A stretch of 63,466 nucleotides of DNA, counting the filler. It is 4 parts of 4 records of this genome, joined end to end, with 100 filler letters (N's around TTAATTAATTAA, not from the genome) between each part and the next. Parts side by side here need not be neighbours in the genome. Positions count along the whole stretch, not along the records: positions 8,804 to 36,463 come from SRR20825019_2409; 3 more parts are not named here. One strand, given 5' to 3'. Position numbers and translations under genes: made by a program. Under the pieces are notes generated by a model that saw nothing but the letters and a program-made list of their open reading frames with translations, did no database searches and was not told the origin of the DNA. This document shows positions 8,804 to 18,849 of this stretch, in pieces (the first letter of the stretch is position 1; each line of letters starts with the position of its first letter).

Positions 8804-11428
8804 AAGGAAGCGCGCACGGAAGAGATTCCGTTCGTGGTTGCTCGGATCGTGCTACAGGATTTCACCGGTGTGCCTCTCCTGGTCGATCTCGCGGCGATGC
8901 GTGCTGCCGTGGAACGTCTCGGCAAGGATCCGAAGATCATCGAGCCGCTCGTGCCGGTTGATCTTGTGGTCGATCATTCCGTGCAGGTTGATTTCGCGGG
9001 CAGTGCGGAAGCGTTGAAGCAAAACCTCGAGTTGGAATTCACCCGCAATCGTGAGCGTTACCAATTCCTCAAGTGGGGGATGCAGGCTTTTGATACCTTC
9101 AAGGTCGTGCCTCCGGGCATCGGGATCGTTCACCAGGTGAATCTCGAGTATCTCGCCAAGGGCGTGCTCAATCAGGATTCCGTTTACTACCCCGACACGC
9201 TTGTCGGCACGGATTCGCACACGACGATGATCAACGGTCTCGGAATCGTGGGCTGGGGCGTCGGCGGGATCGAAGCCGAAGCCGGGATGCTTGGCCAACC
9301 GGTCTACTTCCTGACTCCTGATGTCGTGGGGGTTTACCTGACTGGTGCGTTGCGCGAAGGCGTGACGGCGACTGACCTTGCGCTGACGATTACCGAGAAA
9401 CTCCGTGCGGCCAAGGTCGTCGGTAAGTTTGTTGAATTTTACGGCCCCGGTGCCGCGGCGCTTCCAGTGGTGGATCGCGCGACGATTGCCAACATGGCGC
9501 CGGAATACGGTGCCACGATGGGCTTCTTCCCGATTGATGCTGAGACCACGAATTATCTCCGCGCAACGGGTCGCACCGACGAACAGGTCGCTACTTACGA
9601 AGCTTACTACAAGGCGCAAAACCTCTGGGGAATTCCACAGAAGGGGGATATCGAATATTCGGTCGATCTTGAACTCGATCTCGCCTCCGTGGTGCCCAGT
9701 GTGGCCGGTCCGAAGCGTCCTCAGGATCGCATCGTGCTTCCCGACCTGAAGGAGGCATTTACTTCGTCCCTGTCCCGTGCGGTCAATGACGCCGGTTTCG
9801 GCAAGAAACCCGAAGAACTCGGGAAGAAATTTGCGGTGGCGACGAGCGGGAAGGAAATTTTGCATGGCAGTGGCGGGAGCCAGGAATCGGTGTCGGCATC
9901 CGACGCCGAATCGAAGGGAACTAATCCCGCCACAGAGACCGAAATGGCGAACAACCGTCCCACTCCGGACGACGTCAATGGAGTGGCACCGAAAGTGGCT
10001 GGCGAGGTTGGCGACGGTTCCGTGCTGATCGCGGCGATCACCAGTTGCACCAATACTTCCAATCCGAGCGTGATGCTTGCGGCGGGGATTCTCGCGAAGA
10101 AAGCGGTCGAGAAGGGACTCACGGTTAATCCGATGGTGAAGTCTTCGCTCGCGCCGGGCTCGCGTGTGGTTACCGACTATTTGGAAAAGACCGGTCTGAC
10201 TCCTTACTTGGATCAGCTCGGCTTCCAAACGGTGGGTTATGGTTGCACGACTTGTATCGGTAATTCCGGTCCGCTCCATCCGGCGATCGAAGAAGCCGTC
10301 ACGAGCAACAATCTCGTGGCCGCCTCGGTGCTCTCCGGTAACCGCAACTTTGAAGCCCGGGTGCATCAGAACGTGCGGGCAAATTTCCTGATGTCGCCTC
10401 CGCTCGTGGTCGCCTTCGCTCTCGCGGGTCGCGTCGATATCGACATGGACAACGATCCGATCGGCAAAGACAAGGACGGCGCCGATGTTTATCTCAAGGA
10501 TATCTGGCCGAGCTTACAGGAAGTGCGTGATCAGATGCAGGCCGCCCTCAAACCCGAGGTCTTCCGCAAGCTCTACAAGGACTTCGCGGAGCAGAATCCG
10601 AAGTGGAACGAAATTCCTTCCACGACCGGTAACGTTTATGCCTTTGATGCCGATTCAACCTACATTCAGGAGCCTCCGTTCTTCACGGACTTCTCGATGA
10701 CGCCGGATGATATCAAGCCGATCACGGGTGCTCGTGCGCTCGGCGTATTTGGCGATTCCGTGACGACCGATCACGTGTCTCCGGCCGGTGCGATCAAGAA
10801 GGCTTCTCCCGCGGGTGAATATCTCGTGGCGAACAATGTGGAGTTTGCCGATTTTAATTCCTACGGCTCGCGTCGGGGCAATGACCGGGTGATGACCCGC
10901 GGCACCTTCGCGAATGTGCGGATCAAGAATCTCATGCTGAATGGCAAAGAAGGTGGTTACACCCTCGGACCTGACGGTGAGGAGACCTCGATTTACGATG
11001 CTTCGATCGCCTACCAGCAGCAGGGCACGCCTCTTGTCGTGATCGCCGGTCAGGAATACGGCACCGGTTCGTCTCGTGATTGGGCTGCCAAAGGCACCAA
11101 TCTTCTCGGCGTGAAAGCGGTCGTGGCGCAGAGCTTTGAGCGGATTCACCGTTCCAATCTCGTCGGCATGGGGGTGCTGCCTCTCCAATTCAAGGAAGGC
11201 GATTCCGCGGCGAGCCTGAAGCTTGATGGCTCTGAGACCTATGATGTTGTTGGACTCGATGCTTCGGTGAAACCTCAACAGGATCTCACTTTGCGGATCA
11301 CCCGGAAAAATGGTGATGCACAGGAAGTCTCGGTGCGCTGTCGGATCGATACGCCGATCGAAATCGATTACTACCAGCACGGGGGAATTCTCCATTACGT
11401 GCTCCGTCAAATCGTCGCACGTAACTAA
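8804..11428 (+). CDS. acnA: Aconitate hydratase A (5'-truncated)
   Basis: The frame is open from the contig edge ([22 protein letters not shown]). Motifs [47 protein letters not shown]. Confidence 0.96.
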   Translation, partial: KEARTEEIPFVVARIVLQDFTGVPLLVDLAAMRAAVERLGKDPKIIEPLVPVDLVVDHSVQVDFAGSAEALKQNLELEFTRNRERYQFLKWGMQAFDTFKVVPPGIGIVHQVNLEYLAKGVLNQDSVYYPDTLVGTDSHTTMINGLGIVGWGVGGIEAEAGMLGQPVYFLTPDVVGVYLTGALREGVTATDLALTITEKLRAAKVVGKFVEFYGPGAAALPVVDRATIANMAPEYGATMGFFPIDAETTNYLRATGRTDEQVATYEAYYKAQNLWGIPQKGDIEYSVDLELDLASVVPSVAGPKRPQDRIVLPDLKEAFTSSLSRAVNDAGFGKKPEELGKKFAVATSGKEILHGSGGSQESVSASDAESKGTNPATETEMANNRPTPDDVNGVAPKVAGEVGDGSVLIAAITSCTNTSNPSVMLAAGILAKKAVEKGLTVNPMVKSSLAPGSRVVTDYLEKTGLTPYLDQLGFQTVGYGCTTCIGNSGPLHPAIEEAVTSNNLVAASVLSGNRNFEARVHQNVRANFLMSPPLVVAFALAGRVDIDMDNDPIGKDKDGADVYLKDIWPSLQEVRDQMQAALKPEVFRKLYKDFAEQNPKWNEIPSTTGNVYAFDADSTYIQEPPFFTDFSMTPDDIKPITGARALGVFGDSVTTDHVSPAGAIKKASPAGEYLVANNVEFADFNSYGSRRGNDRVMTRGTFANVRIKNLMLNGKEGGYTLGPDGEETSIYDASIAYQQQGTPLVVIAGQEYGTGSSRDWAAKGTNLLGVKAVVAQSFERIHRSNLVGMGVLPLQFKEGDSAASLKLDGSETYDVVGLDASVKPQQDLTLRITRKNGDAQEVSVRCRIDTPIEIDYYQHGGILHYVLRQIVARN

Positions 11429-11440
11429 TGACTCACTCTT

Positions 11441-11479
11441 CGCAAAGCCGGGCACTCTTTGATGACCGGCTTTGCGTTT
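11441..11479 (+). terminator. Intrinsic terminator after acnA
   Basis: 11-bp stem CGCAAAGCCGG / CCGGCTTTGCG followed by TTT. Confidence 0.65.
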
Positions 11480-11506
11480 GGGGTAAAATGGCTTAATCTT
11501 TTAATC

Positions 11507-12019
11507 ATGCCTGAGAGCGAGAGTCCTGTTTATCTGGTCGACGCCCATTCGGATCCTGTCGTGGTGCGAGTGGGGGGGCGTGCCTGTTTTCAAAACAGCG
11601 CGAGTCTGAAGGAGTTTCTAAGCGGCTTGATCAAGCAGGGCAAAACGCGATTCGTCCTCGATCTGCAGCAATGCGCGAGCATGGATAGCACGTTCCTCGG
11701 GGTGTTGGCGGGAGCTGCGTTGGAACTGCGCAAAGCCACCGACAATCAGGGCAGTTTCGTGCTCGCACGGGTGGGACAGCGTAATCTGGAGCTATTGCGG
11801 AACATGGGGTTGCACCGGATCATGTCGATCGACAGCGGTGACTTTCAGATGAGTTTTGACAAGTGCAAGCAGGAGCTGTCACCGGAAAAACTCAGCGAAT
11901 TGGAAAACGCGCGGATGGTGCTTTCTGCCCACGAGAATCTGGTATCGGCGGATGAAAAGAATCGTTCGAAGTTTCAGGATGTGCTCGATTTCATGAAGAA
12001 TCGAGTCGATCAGGGTTGA
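11507..12019 (+). CDS. STAS-domain anti-sigma factor antagonist
   Basis: LDLQQCASMDSTFLG with the phosphorylatable Ser. Start placed at ATG 11507, downstream of the terminator. Confidence 0.85.
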   Translation: MPESESPVYLVDAHSDPVVVRVGGRACFQNSASLKEFLSGLIKQGKTRFVLDLQQCASMDSTFLGVLAGAALELRKATDNQGSFVLARVGQRNLELLRNMGLHRIMSIDSGDFQMSFDKCKQELSPEKLSELENARMVLSAHENLVSADEKNRSKFQDVLDFMKNRVDQG

Positions 12020-12097
12020 TCCCTCAGGGCGGGCAACCACGCTTAGCTGCATTCCGCGATTGATCGCGGGGCAGGCCCCTGCCAAACCAGCCTTTTA

Positions 12098-13537
12098 ATG
12101 TCACTGATTTTCCTCGGAGTCCTGTTGGGTGTCGCGGCAATGTTGCTGCCGATTTACCGTGCGCGGAAAGAAACCGAACGGGTGGATGAGGAACGGCAGC
12201 AGATCGCTCAGGAACGTCAATTGGTTGTCGATTTTATGCACCATATGGTGGAGGCACTTGGCGAGGGGCTGACGCGCGAAGAACTGCGTCAACGAATCGT
12301 GCATGCCGCGATCCTTTGTTCGGGCGGATTGAGTGCCGCGATGTTCGAGCGGGTGGGCGAAGGGCAGATGCGCAGTGTCGCCGTGGAGGGATTGTTCCCC
12401 CCGCACCGACCGTTGCCCGAAGCGGCGCGGGAAAAGTTGACGACGCGAGCCAAGTTCATCGAAGGGGTGTTGCGTTCGGAAACCTTTCCGGAAACAGAAG
12501 GCATTGTCGGGGCCGTCGTGAGCACGGGCAAGGCTCAGCTGATCGGCGATGCGGAGATGGATGAGCGCATTGTGAAGCACGAGGATAGTTCCCTGCGGGT
12601 TCGTTCGGTGATCGCGGTGCCGATTCAGTTTCGTGATCAATTTTTCGGGGTATTGGCCGTGGCGAATTCCGCCGATGGGCAGCCGTTTACGGAGTCGGAT
12701 TCTTCGCTCATGCAATCATTGGCGGAGCAGGCGGCACTCGCGTTGCACAATGCGGATTTTCTGAATTACCAAATCGTCAAGAAGCAGCTGGATCTCGACC
12801 TCTCACTGGCGAGTGGTATTCAACAAATGTTGTTGCCGGATGAGATGCCGAAGTTGGCGGGCCTGGATATCGATGCGCGCTACAGTCCTGCTCAGTCTGT
12901 GGGTGGCGATCTTTACGATGTGTTTGCGTTATCCGATTCCCGATTAGGTGTCGCAGTCGCTGATGTTTCCGGCAAAGGCATCCCCGCGTCCTTGCTGATG
13001 GCGATCTGTCGCACGAATCTCCGGCAAATTGCCCCAAGGCAAGGATCGCCTGCCCAGACGCTGATTGACCTGAACCGGGTGCTCGGCGGGGATCTGAGTA
13101 ACGGGATGTATATCACCATCCTGTATGCCGTGATCGACCTTGCGGCCTGCACGGTGACGTTTGCCCGCGCTGGTCACGAACTGCCGCTGCTCTCACGCCG
13201 CAATCCGCTCACGAGTGTTCCTGAAGAAACCTATGTGGGGTCTGAGGGGATGTCGCTCGGCATGGTGCCCGATGAGATTTTCACGGAAGTGATCGAGGAT
13301 CATGTCGAACCCTTCAACCCCGGCGATATTCTCGTGCTCTACACCGATGGTATTACGGAGGCACCGAATGAGGAGGATAAGGAGTTTTCGGGGGCACGTT
13401 TGGCTGATACCGTGCGCACGTTGCACAGCCGTTCCGCAGTGGAGTTGAATAACGGTATTTTGGAAAACCTGCATCGATTCACCGGTGACGAGCCTCAACG
13501 TGATGATTTCACTCTCGTCTCCGTCAAACGTGCTTAG
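12098..13537 (+). CDS. GAF + SpoIIE/RsbU-type PP2C phosphatase
   Basis: N-terminal TM and a GAF segment (SVIAVPI...GVLAVAN). Motifs VGGDLYD, ADVSGKG, AGH, YTDGITE, DDFT. Confidence 0.92.
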   Translation: MSLIFLGVLLGVAAMLLPIYRARKETERVDEERQQIAQERQLVVDFMHHMVEALGEGLTREELRQRIVHAAILCSGGLSAAMFERVGEGQMRSVAVEGLFPPHRPLPEAAREKLTTRAKFIEGVLRSETFPETEGIVGAVVSTGKAQLIGDAEMDERIVKHEDSSLRVRSVIAVPIQFRDQFFGVLAVANSADGQPFTESDSSLMQSLAEQAALALHNADFLNYQIVKKQLDLDLSLASGIQQMLLPDEMPKLAGLDIDARYSPAQSVGGDLYDVFALSDSRLGVAVADVSGKGIPASLLMAICRTNLRQIAPRQGSPAQTLIDLNRVLGGDLSNGMYITILYAVIDLAACTVTFARAGHELPLLSRRNPLTSVPEETYVGSEGMSLGMVPDEIFTEVIEDHVEPFNPGDILVLYTDGITEAPNEEDKEFSGARLADTVRTLHSRSAVELNNGILENLHRFTGDEPQRDDFTLVSVKRA

Positions 13538-13745
13538 ATAGATACCCGCTTGACGAAGTGGGGGCACTGAAAAATCAATATTACAGATTCATCTTTCGTT
13601 GAAGGTTAAGGAAATTGCGGTAAATTAGGCTTGCGGTGAATACGTAGTAAAAAACCTTCTTTCAGAGGAAGATGGCAATAGGCCTAGATGGTCATGTGCT
13701 TTTGCGCAGTTGCATAGGGTGATTTCCTGAGTGCTAGTGACCTAA

Positions 13746-14684
13746 GTGAAACACCCTAGCTCACAATGTATCACTGGCGTCCTGTTGATGTCTTTCGTCT
13801 TTGGATCCGACCTACGCTCCCAAATCGATGCCACGACCAACGCAGGCTGGACTGCTTGGCTCTCAGGGTCGGGTAATATGATCGATCCGGAAAACGATCA
13901 GCAGACTGGACAGGGACAAGACGATTTTGCGGGTGATTCGACCACGGCAGCCCTGCAATCTCAGGCCGGAGAAGCGAGTTTCGATACCGGCGTGGATTAT
14001 TTATTTTTGCGTGCCAGATTCAATGACTACGATGCCGACAATAAGTGGGGGAATGGTGGTAATTGGGGAACCGGTATGGATATCGACGGAGACGGCGATC
14101 TCGATTTGATCATGATGTTTTCCGAGGGATCGGGTAATGTCAAAAACCGCACCCATGAGATTCAGTTTGGCGCACCCGGCTCTGGTGCTAACGACGGTCC
14201 GAGCACGACCACCTGGACATTTCCAACCCAGACTGCGATCTCGTTGACCGTGGGTGAAACCTACAATTTGCAGAATGCCTCGGCTAGTGATTCTGTGCAG
14301 ATTGATGGAGATGATGATGCTTGGCTGACGTTTGGTCTTAGTTTCTCGCAATTAGAGACCGCCATCCGGACCTACGCGGTTGGGGATGTGGGCGACGAAA
14401 ACGAATTTGCCAATTACAATTTAACTTACGAAAGCCGGATCGCGTTCGTGGCGTTTACTTCCACCCAAGATAATGCTCTCAATCAGGATTTAGGTGGAGT
14501 GGCTGGAAGCACTGGCAGCGGTTTGAGTTGGGCAGATTTGGGGGCGATCACTCCACCGATGGGGCCGGGTGGGTTTATTCCGGAGCCGGGAACTTATGCG
14601 CAAGTCGGCTTCATTCTATTGATTGGCTTTGCAGCGATGTCTCGTCGACGAGCTGTCTGCAAAAATAAGGAGAATAAAAACTGA
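13746..14684 (+). CDS. PEP-CTERM sorting domain protein (Asp/Gly/Thr-rich)
   Basis: Putative signal peptide. C-terminal IPEP + hydrophobic helix + RRR. Internal DIDGDGDLD motif. Confidence 0.85.
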   Translation: MKHPSSQCITGVLLMSFVFGSDLRSQIDATTNAGWTAWLSGSGNMIDPENDQQTGQGQDDFAGDSTTAALQSQAGEASFDTGVDYLFLRARFNDYDADNKWGNGGNWGTGMDIDGDGDLDLIMMFSEGSGNVKNRTHEIQFGAPGSGANDGPSTTTWTFPTQTAISLTVGETYNLQNASASDSVQIDGDDDAWLTFGLSFSQLETAIRTYAVGDVGDENEFANYNLTYESRIAFVAFTSTQDNALNQDLGGVAGSTGSGLSWADLGAITPPMGPGGFIPEPGTYAQVGFILLIGFAAMSRRRAVCKNKENKN

Positions 14685-14725
14685 TCTTTTCGTAAACTGG
14701 AAGGTATCCGAAAGAATCTATAACA

Positions 14726-16228
14726 ATGCGCTTTTTCAGTATCCTTCGGGATGGATTTCGTTTGTTAGGGGCACTTCTCTACTGGAATCTTCGTAAATCG
14801 ATTTATATAGTTCTCGGAAGAAAAGGCCGTGCGCCGTGTCAAAGTGACAGTGATGATGAGGTGGTTGGCTGCATTGGTTGTGATGCCGTGCTGCATTGGG
14901 ACAATCCGGAAAGATTTCGGCGTTTCTGCCCACTCCTGATTAAAAAGAAAGAGGGGTGGCGGTGTTCGGTTTTATCGGATCAAGTGCGCCCTTATTGGGT
15001 GGCCGCAGTGAAATGGTATGGTGCTGTTCTGTTGGCACTCTACTTATTGGGTGGAGTGTTCCTCTGGGGTTTGATGAATGGCGTGGGCGATGCCCGGGTG
15101 CCTCTTAGGAGCATTCTGTGGCCCGGTGCGTGGAGTAGTGTCGGAGAAATCCAATCAATGGCGTTCTATCGACAAAGTCGGATAGATTTTGCCCATGGTA
15201 ATTACCAAAAGGCGCATCAAGCGTTGGAAAGTGCGCGAATACGGGATCTGAATAATTATTCAGCCGCGCTCCTTATGGCGCAGATCCATATGTTTCAAGG
15301 GAGCTACCTCTATGCCGATGATCAGTATGAGTTATTGTTGAACTCGCACCCTGAGAATCGGGAACTGACTGCGGTAAACTACCATGACGCACTCCTTTCG
15401 CTAAACCGGATGGATAGATTAGCGGAACACAGCCTCACGATGATCAGTCGTGATCCTGATCACACGGCACTTTGGGTGAAATCTCTCCTCTTGGGACTGA
15501 GTGTGCCAGAGGTCGCTGAAACCATCCAGTCCGAGTATGGGGATGCTCTTGAATTACTTCCGGCGTTTGCCCGTTTATTGATCAAGGCACAGATTCTCCA
15601 AACCCAAGGAAGTGAAAAGGCAGCTCGCCGCAGTTTGAGAGAGCCTTTCCGTGGGCCCTGGAATCTACAATATATTCAGGAGCAGATTGCTCTTCTTTTG
15701 CGGCTGGAGGCTCCCTGGGAAGCCTCGAATCTCTTGGGGTATTACGGTCCAGGTCTGCGCATTGATGAGAGCATGGCTCAACAGTATCTGATCAATTCGG
15801 CCCGCAATGATGAATGGGGGGCTCAGAGCGTCTTTCGCAGTTTGTTGCGCAAGGATATGTCTGCGCAGCGAATCCTTCGCCTGCAATTATTGCTGATCCG
15901 CGAACCAAACCGAGAATGTTTTCTGCATCTGCACCGGTTGTTACAATCTGATGCACAGCTGGCTGAACAGGCGAACGGTGCGGTCATGTGGGTGACTGGA
16001 CTGGTGTGTAATGCTCCCGTTGAAGCGAAAAGCTGGCAGAGCGACGAACATTTGATTTATGGCCATGGGTATCCTGTGATCGACCAACTTGATTTTATGA
16101 CGGCACGGATGGATCAGATAAATTCAGTCGTTCATATTATCAATAGGGTCGACTTGCCTAGAGAGGTTATTTGGGAACTGCTGGCGCGGTTGAATCGGCA
16201 GCGACCACAGGAATCGCCCAGAGGATAA
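14726..16228 (+). CDS. Hypothetical membrane protein with Cys-rich N-terminal domain and TPR-like region
   Basis: Five Cys within about 45 aa, a TM helix (YGAVLLALYLLGGVFLWGL), then helical repeats (AHGNYQKAHQALESA; AALLMAQIHMFQGSYLYADDQY). Confidence 0.7.
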   Translation: MRFFSILRDGFRLLGALLYWNLRKSIYIVLGRKGRAPCQSDSDDEVVGCIGCDAVLHWDNPERFRRFCPLLIKKKEGWRCSVLSDQVRPYWVAAVKWYGAVLLALYLLGGVFLWGLMNGVGDARVPLRSILWPGAWSSVGEIQSMAFYRQSRIDFAHGNYQKAHQALESARIRDLNNYSAALLMAQIHMFQGSYLYADDQYELLLNSHPENRELTAVNYHDALLSLNRMDRLAEHSLTMISRDPDHTALWVKSLLLGLSVPEVAETIQSEYGDALELLPAFARLLIKAQILQTQGSEKAARRSLREPFRGPWNLQYIQEQIALLLRLEAPWEASNLLGYYGPGLRIDESMAQQYLINSARNDEWGAQSVFRSLLRKDMSAQRILRLQLLLIREPNRECFLHLHRLLQSDAQLAEQANGAVMWVTGLVCNAPVEAKSWQSDEHLIYGHGYPVIDQLDFMTARMDQINSVVHIINRVDLPREVIWELLARLNRQRPQESPRG

Positions 16229-16273
16229 AAAGGACGTTGCCCTGCGAACGGCGCTGAGTAGCGATAGTGGGCC

Positions 16274-17506
16274 ATGTCGTCAGACTCTGAAAATTATTCC
16301 GCTCCTTTGGATCGCTTTTCTTTACCGGATCGCGCTGGTCACTTCGGTGAATACGGTGGCGTTTATGTGCCGGAAACGTTGATGACCGCTCTGCAGGATT
16401 TGGAGCGCGAGTATTTGGCGGCGAAGGAAGATCCGGCCTTTCAAACCGAGTTGCGTCAGCATTTGGCGGAGTTTGCGGGCCGGCCGACCAAATTGTATTT
16501 TGCCAGTCGGCTCACCGAGCACTGCGGTGGGGCGAAGATCTATTTTAAGCGCGAGGATTTGCTTCATACCGGCGCGCACAAAATTAACAACGCGATCGGT
16601 CAGGCCCTGTTGGCGAAACGCATGGGGAAGAAGCGGGTCATTGCGGAAACGGGTGCTGGTCAGCACGGTGTAGCGACGGCGGCGGTCTGTGCGAAATTCG
16701 GTCTCGAATGCGTGGTTTACATGGGTGCGCATGATATGGAGCGTCAGGCATTGAATGTGTTTCGGATGCGTTTGATGGGAGCCGAAGTGCGTGGAGTTGA
16801 GGCGGGGCAAAAAACGCTCAAGGAAGCCATCAATGAGGCCATGCGTGACTGGGTGACCAATGTGCGTTCGACCCACTACATCCTCGGCACAGCCTATGGT
16901 TCGCATCCTTATCCCATGATGGTGCGTGATTTTCACCGCGTAATTGGACAAGAGGCAAAGGAGCAGATTCTCGAGCGGGAAAACCGCCTGCCGGATGAGC
17001 TTGTCGCCTGCGTGGGTGGTGGCAGTAACGCGATCGGCCTGTTTTTCGATTTTCTCGAGGAACCCAATATCAAGATGACGGGCGTTGAAGCCGGTGGCTT
17101 GGGGATCGCCCGAGGTGAGCACGCCGCACGATTCGAAGGCGGTAAGCTGGGCGTGTTGCAAGGATGTAAAACCTACGTGCTGCAGGATCCGGAGGGGCAG
17201 ATCGAGTTGACTCATTCTGTTTCCGCCGGACTCGATTACGCGGCGGTGGGGCCAGAACACGCGTTCTACCGTGAACGCGGTCGGATCGATTTCGCCTATG
17301 CGAAGGACGATGAAGTTCTGGAAACATTCCAACTGGTGTCCCGGCTCGAAGGAATCATTCCCGCACTCGAAAGCACGCATGCCTTGGTGCACGGCATCAA
17401 ACGCGCGAAGGCCCTCGATAAGGACAAGATCGTGATCGTGAATCTATCCGGTCGGGGAGACAAAGATGTGCAGCAAGTGTCCGATTTGCTGAAGCAGTCG
17501 GAATAA
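16274..17506 (+). CDS. trpB: Tryptophan synthase beta chain
   Basis: Motifs [19 protein letters not shown] (PLP Lys), [30 protein letters not shown]. Confidence 0.97.
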   Translation: MSSDSENYSAPLDRFSLPDRAGHFGEYGGVYVPETLMTALQDLEREYLAAKEDPAFQTELRQHLAEFAGRPTKLYFASRLTEHCGGAKIYFKREDLLHTGAHKINNAIGQALLAKRMGKKRVIAETGAGQHGVATAAVCAKFGLECVVYMGAHDMERQALNVFRMRLMGAEVRGVEAGQKTLKEAINEAMRDWVTNVRSTHYILGTAYGSHPYPMMVRDFHRVIGQEAKEQILERENRLPDELVACVGGGSNAIGLFFDFLEEPNIKMTGVEAGGLGIARGEHAARFEGGKLGVLQGCKTYVLQDPEGQIELTHSVSAGLDYAAVGPEHAFYRERGRIDFAYAKDDEVLETFQLVSRLEGIIPALESTHALVHGIKRAKALDKDKIVIVNLSGRGDKDVQQVSDLLKQSE

Positions 17507-17536
17507 ATCCCAAACGCCAAGAAGGCAAATTTCAAA
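17500..17536 (+). repeat. Left arm of imperfect inverted repeat (CAAA-periodic, 7-7-8-7 units) flanking the four-helix-bundle gene
   Basis: GGAATAAA TCCCAAA CGCCAAG AAGGCAAA TTTCAAA; overlaps the trpB stop codon. Confidence 0.8.
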
Positions 17537-17544
17537 GAAAACGC

Positions 17545-17901
17545 ATGGCCGACAAACCAAGAGACTTGGAGGGTCGGACGGCCAATTTTGCTGAGGATGT
17601 TCGAAACTTTGTCAGAAGTTTGCCGCGAACCATCGCAAATATTGAAGATGTAAAACAGCTGGTTCGTTCCTCAGGGTCGGTGGCGGCCAATTGCATCGAG
17701 GCCAATGAAGCTTTGGGTGAGAAAGATCGCGTGATGCGATTCAGAATTTCCCGTAAGGAGGCGAAAGAGAGCCAACTCTGGCTGCGACTATTGCATATGA
17801 GCAACGATGAGAATTTGAAGGCTGAACAGCAGAAGTTATGGCAAGAGGCGCATGAGCTAAAACTGATCCTGACGGCTATCATTAATAAATTGGAAAAATG
17901 A
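17545..17901 (+). CDS. Four helix bundle protein (23S rRNA-IVP / TIGR02436-like)
   Basis: Motifs DLEGRTANFA, QLVRSSGSVAANCIEA, RISRKEAKESQLWL, ELKLIL. Confidence 0.9.
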   Translation: MADKPRDLEGRTANFAEDVRNFVRSLPRTIANIEDVKQLVRSSGSVAANCIEANEALGEKDRVMRFRISRKEAKESQLWLRLLHMSNDENLKAEQQKLWQEAHELKLILTAIINKLEK

Positions 17902-17924
17902 TACGGTTCCGACTCCGGATTGTA

Positions 17925-17961
17925 TTTGGCCTTTGGTCATTTGATCTTTGAGATTTATTCC
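17925..17961 (-). repeat. Right arm of the inverted repeat (TTTG-periodic)
   Basis: TTTGGCC TTTGGTCA TTTGATC TTTGAGA TTTATTCC, ending on the base immediately before the yicC ATG. Confidence 0.8.
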
Positions 17962-18834
17962 ATGAAAAGTATGACCGGCTACGGGCGCGCCATCGCGTCT
18001 CTCGAGAACTCGACTCTGACGATTCAGGTCAACTCCGTGAATCGAAAGACGTTGGATCTGTCGGTGTCGCTACCGTCCGCCTGGGATGATTTGGAGTCTG
18101 CCGTTCGGGATGCGGTCAGAGGTGTCGCCGCGCGCGGTAAGGTGCATGTGCGAATCGAACTCACCAGTGAAGGCGGGGTGACCTCCCTGATCTGGGACGA
18201 GAAGGCCGTGAGCGCGACATTACAGAAGCTGCAAGCCACCGCAGAGCGGCAGGGGATCGTGTTTGATCCGTCCTCCGGGTTGTTGTGGCAGGTGGTCAAT
18301 GCTCATCGTCAAAGCAGTGAGACGGTCGATGCTGAGACGGCGAGTGAGATCGTATTGAAGACACTGCAGGAGGCTCTCGATGCTTTTGCGGCGATGCGCA
18401 GCACCGAAGGAGCCGCCTTGTTGGAGGACTTTGAAAAGCGACTCGCGATCCTGCAGGACTTGACGAAGACGATCGCGGAACGAGCGCCCGAGGTCGCCCC
18501 GGCTCATCGCGATACGCTGCTGAAACGTCTCAATGAAGGGAATCTTGAGCTCGATCTCAACGATGAGCGGGTCTTGAAAGAAATCGCGTTCTTTGCCGAT
18601 CGCTGTGATGTGACCGAGGAACTGACACGTCTGCAAAGCCACTTTGATCAATTTGGGAAGTTGCTGCGTAGTGAACACGAAATCGGCCGCAAAGCTGAGT
18701 TTCTCCTTCAGGAAATTGGTCGCGAGGTGAATACCATCGGGAGCAAAGCAAACGACCTGACGATTGCGCGTCAGGTCATTGAGATGAAAAACGAACTGGA
18801 TCGCGTGCGCGAGCAGATCGCCAACGTGGAATAA
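17962..18834 (+). CDS. yicC: YicC/YloC family endoribonuclease
   Basis: Starts MKSMTGYGR. Motifs SVNRK, RGKV, DVTEELTRL, GRKAEFLLQEIGREVNTIGSKA, REQIANVE. Confidence 0.93.
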   Translation: MKSMTGYGRAIASLENSTLTIQVNSVNRKTLDLSVSLPSAWDDLESAVRDAVRGVAARGKVHVRIELTSEGGVTSLIWDEKAVSATLQKLQATAERQGIVFDPSSGLLWQVVNAHRQSSETVDAETASEIVLKTLQEALDAFAAMRSTEGAALLEDFEKRLAILQDLTKTIAERAPEVAPAHRDTLLKRLNEGNLELDLNDERVLKEIAFFADRCDVTEELTRLQSHFDQFGKLLRSEHEIGRKAEFLLQEIGREVNTIGSKANDLTIARQVIEMKNELDRVREQIANVE

Positions 18835-18849
18835 GCCCGCGTTGATGGA

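Noticed and set aside
9820-10010. Low-complexity insertion in AcnA
   Set aside because: It falls in a known variable linker of AcnA proteins and has no intein motifs.
8852-10366. Long antisense ORFs (504 aa here; others opposite trpB, dksA, hemF, SPT5 and the coiled-coil gene)
   Set aside because: These are shadows of GC-rich codon bias opposite well-supported genes, with no recognisable motifs.
13560-13745. Possible sigma-54 promoter ahead of the PEP-CTERM gene
   Set aside because: The TGG and TTGC words present do not have the required -24/-12 spacing.
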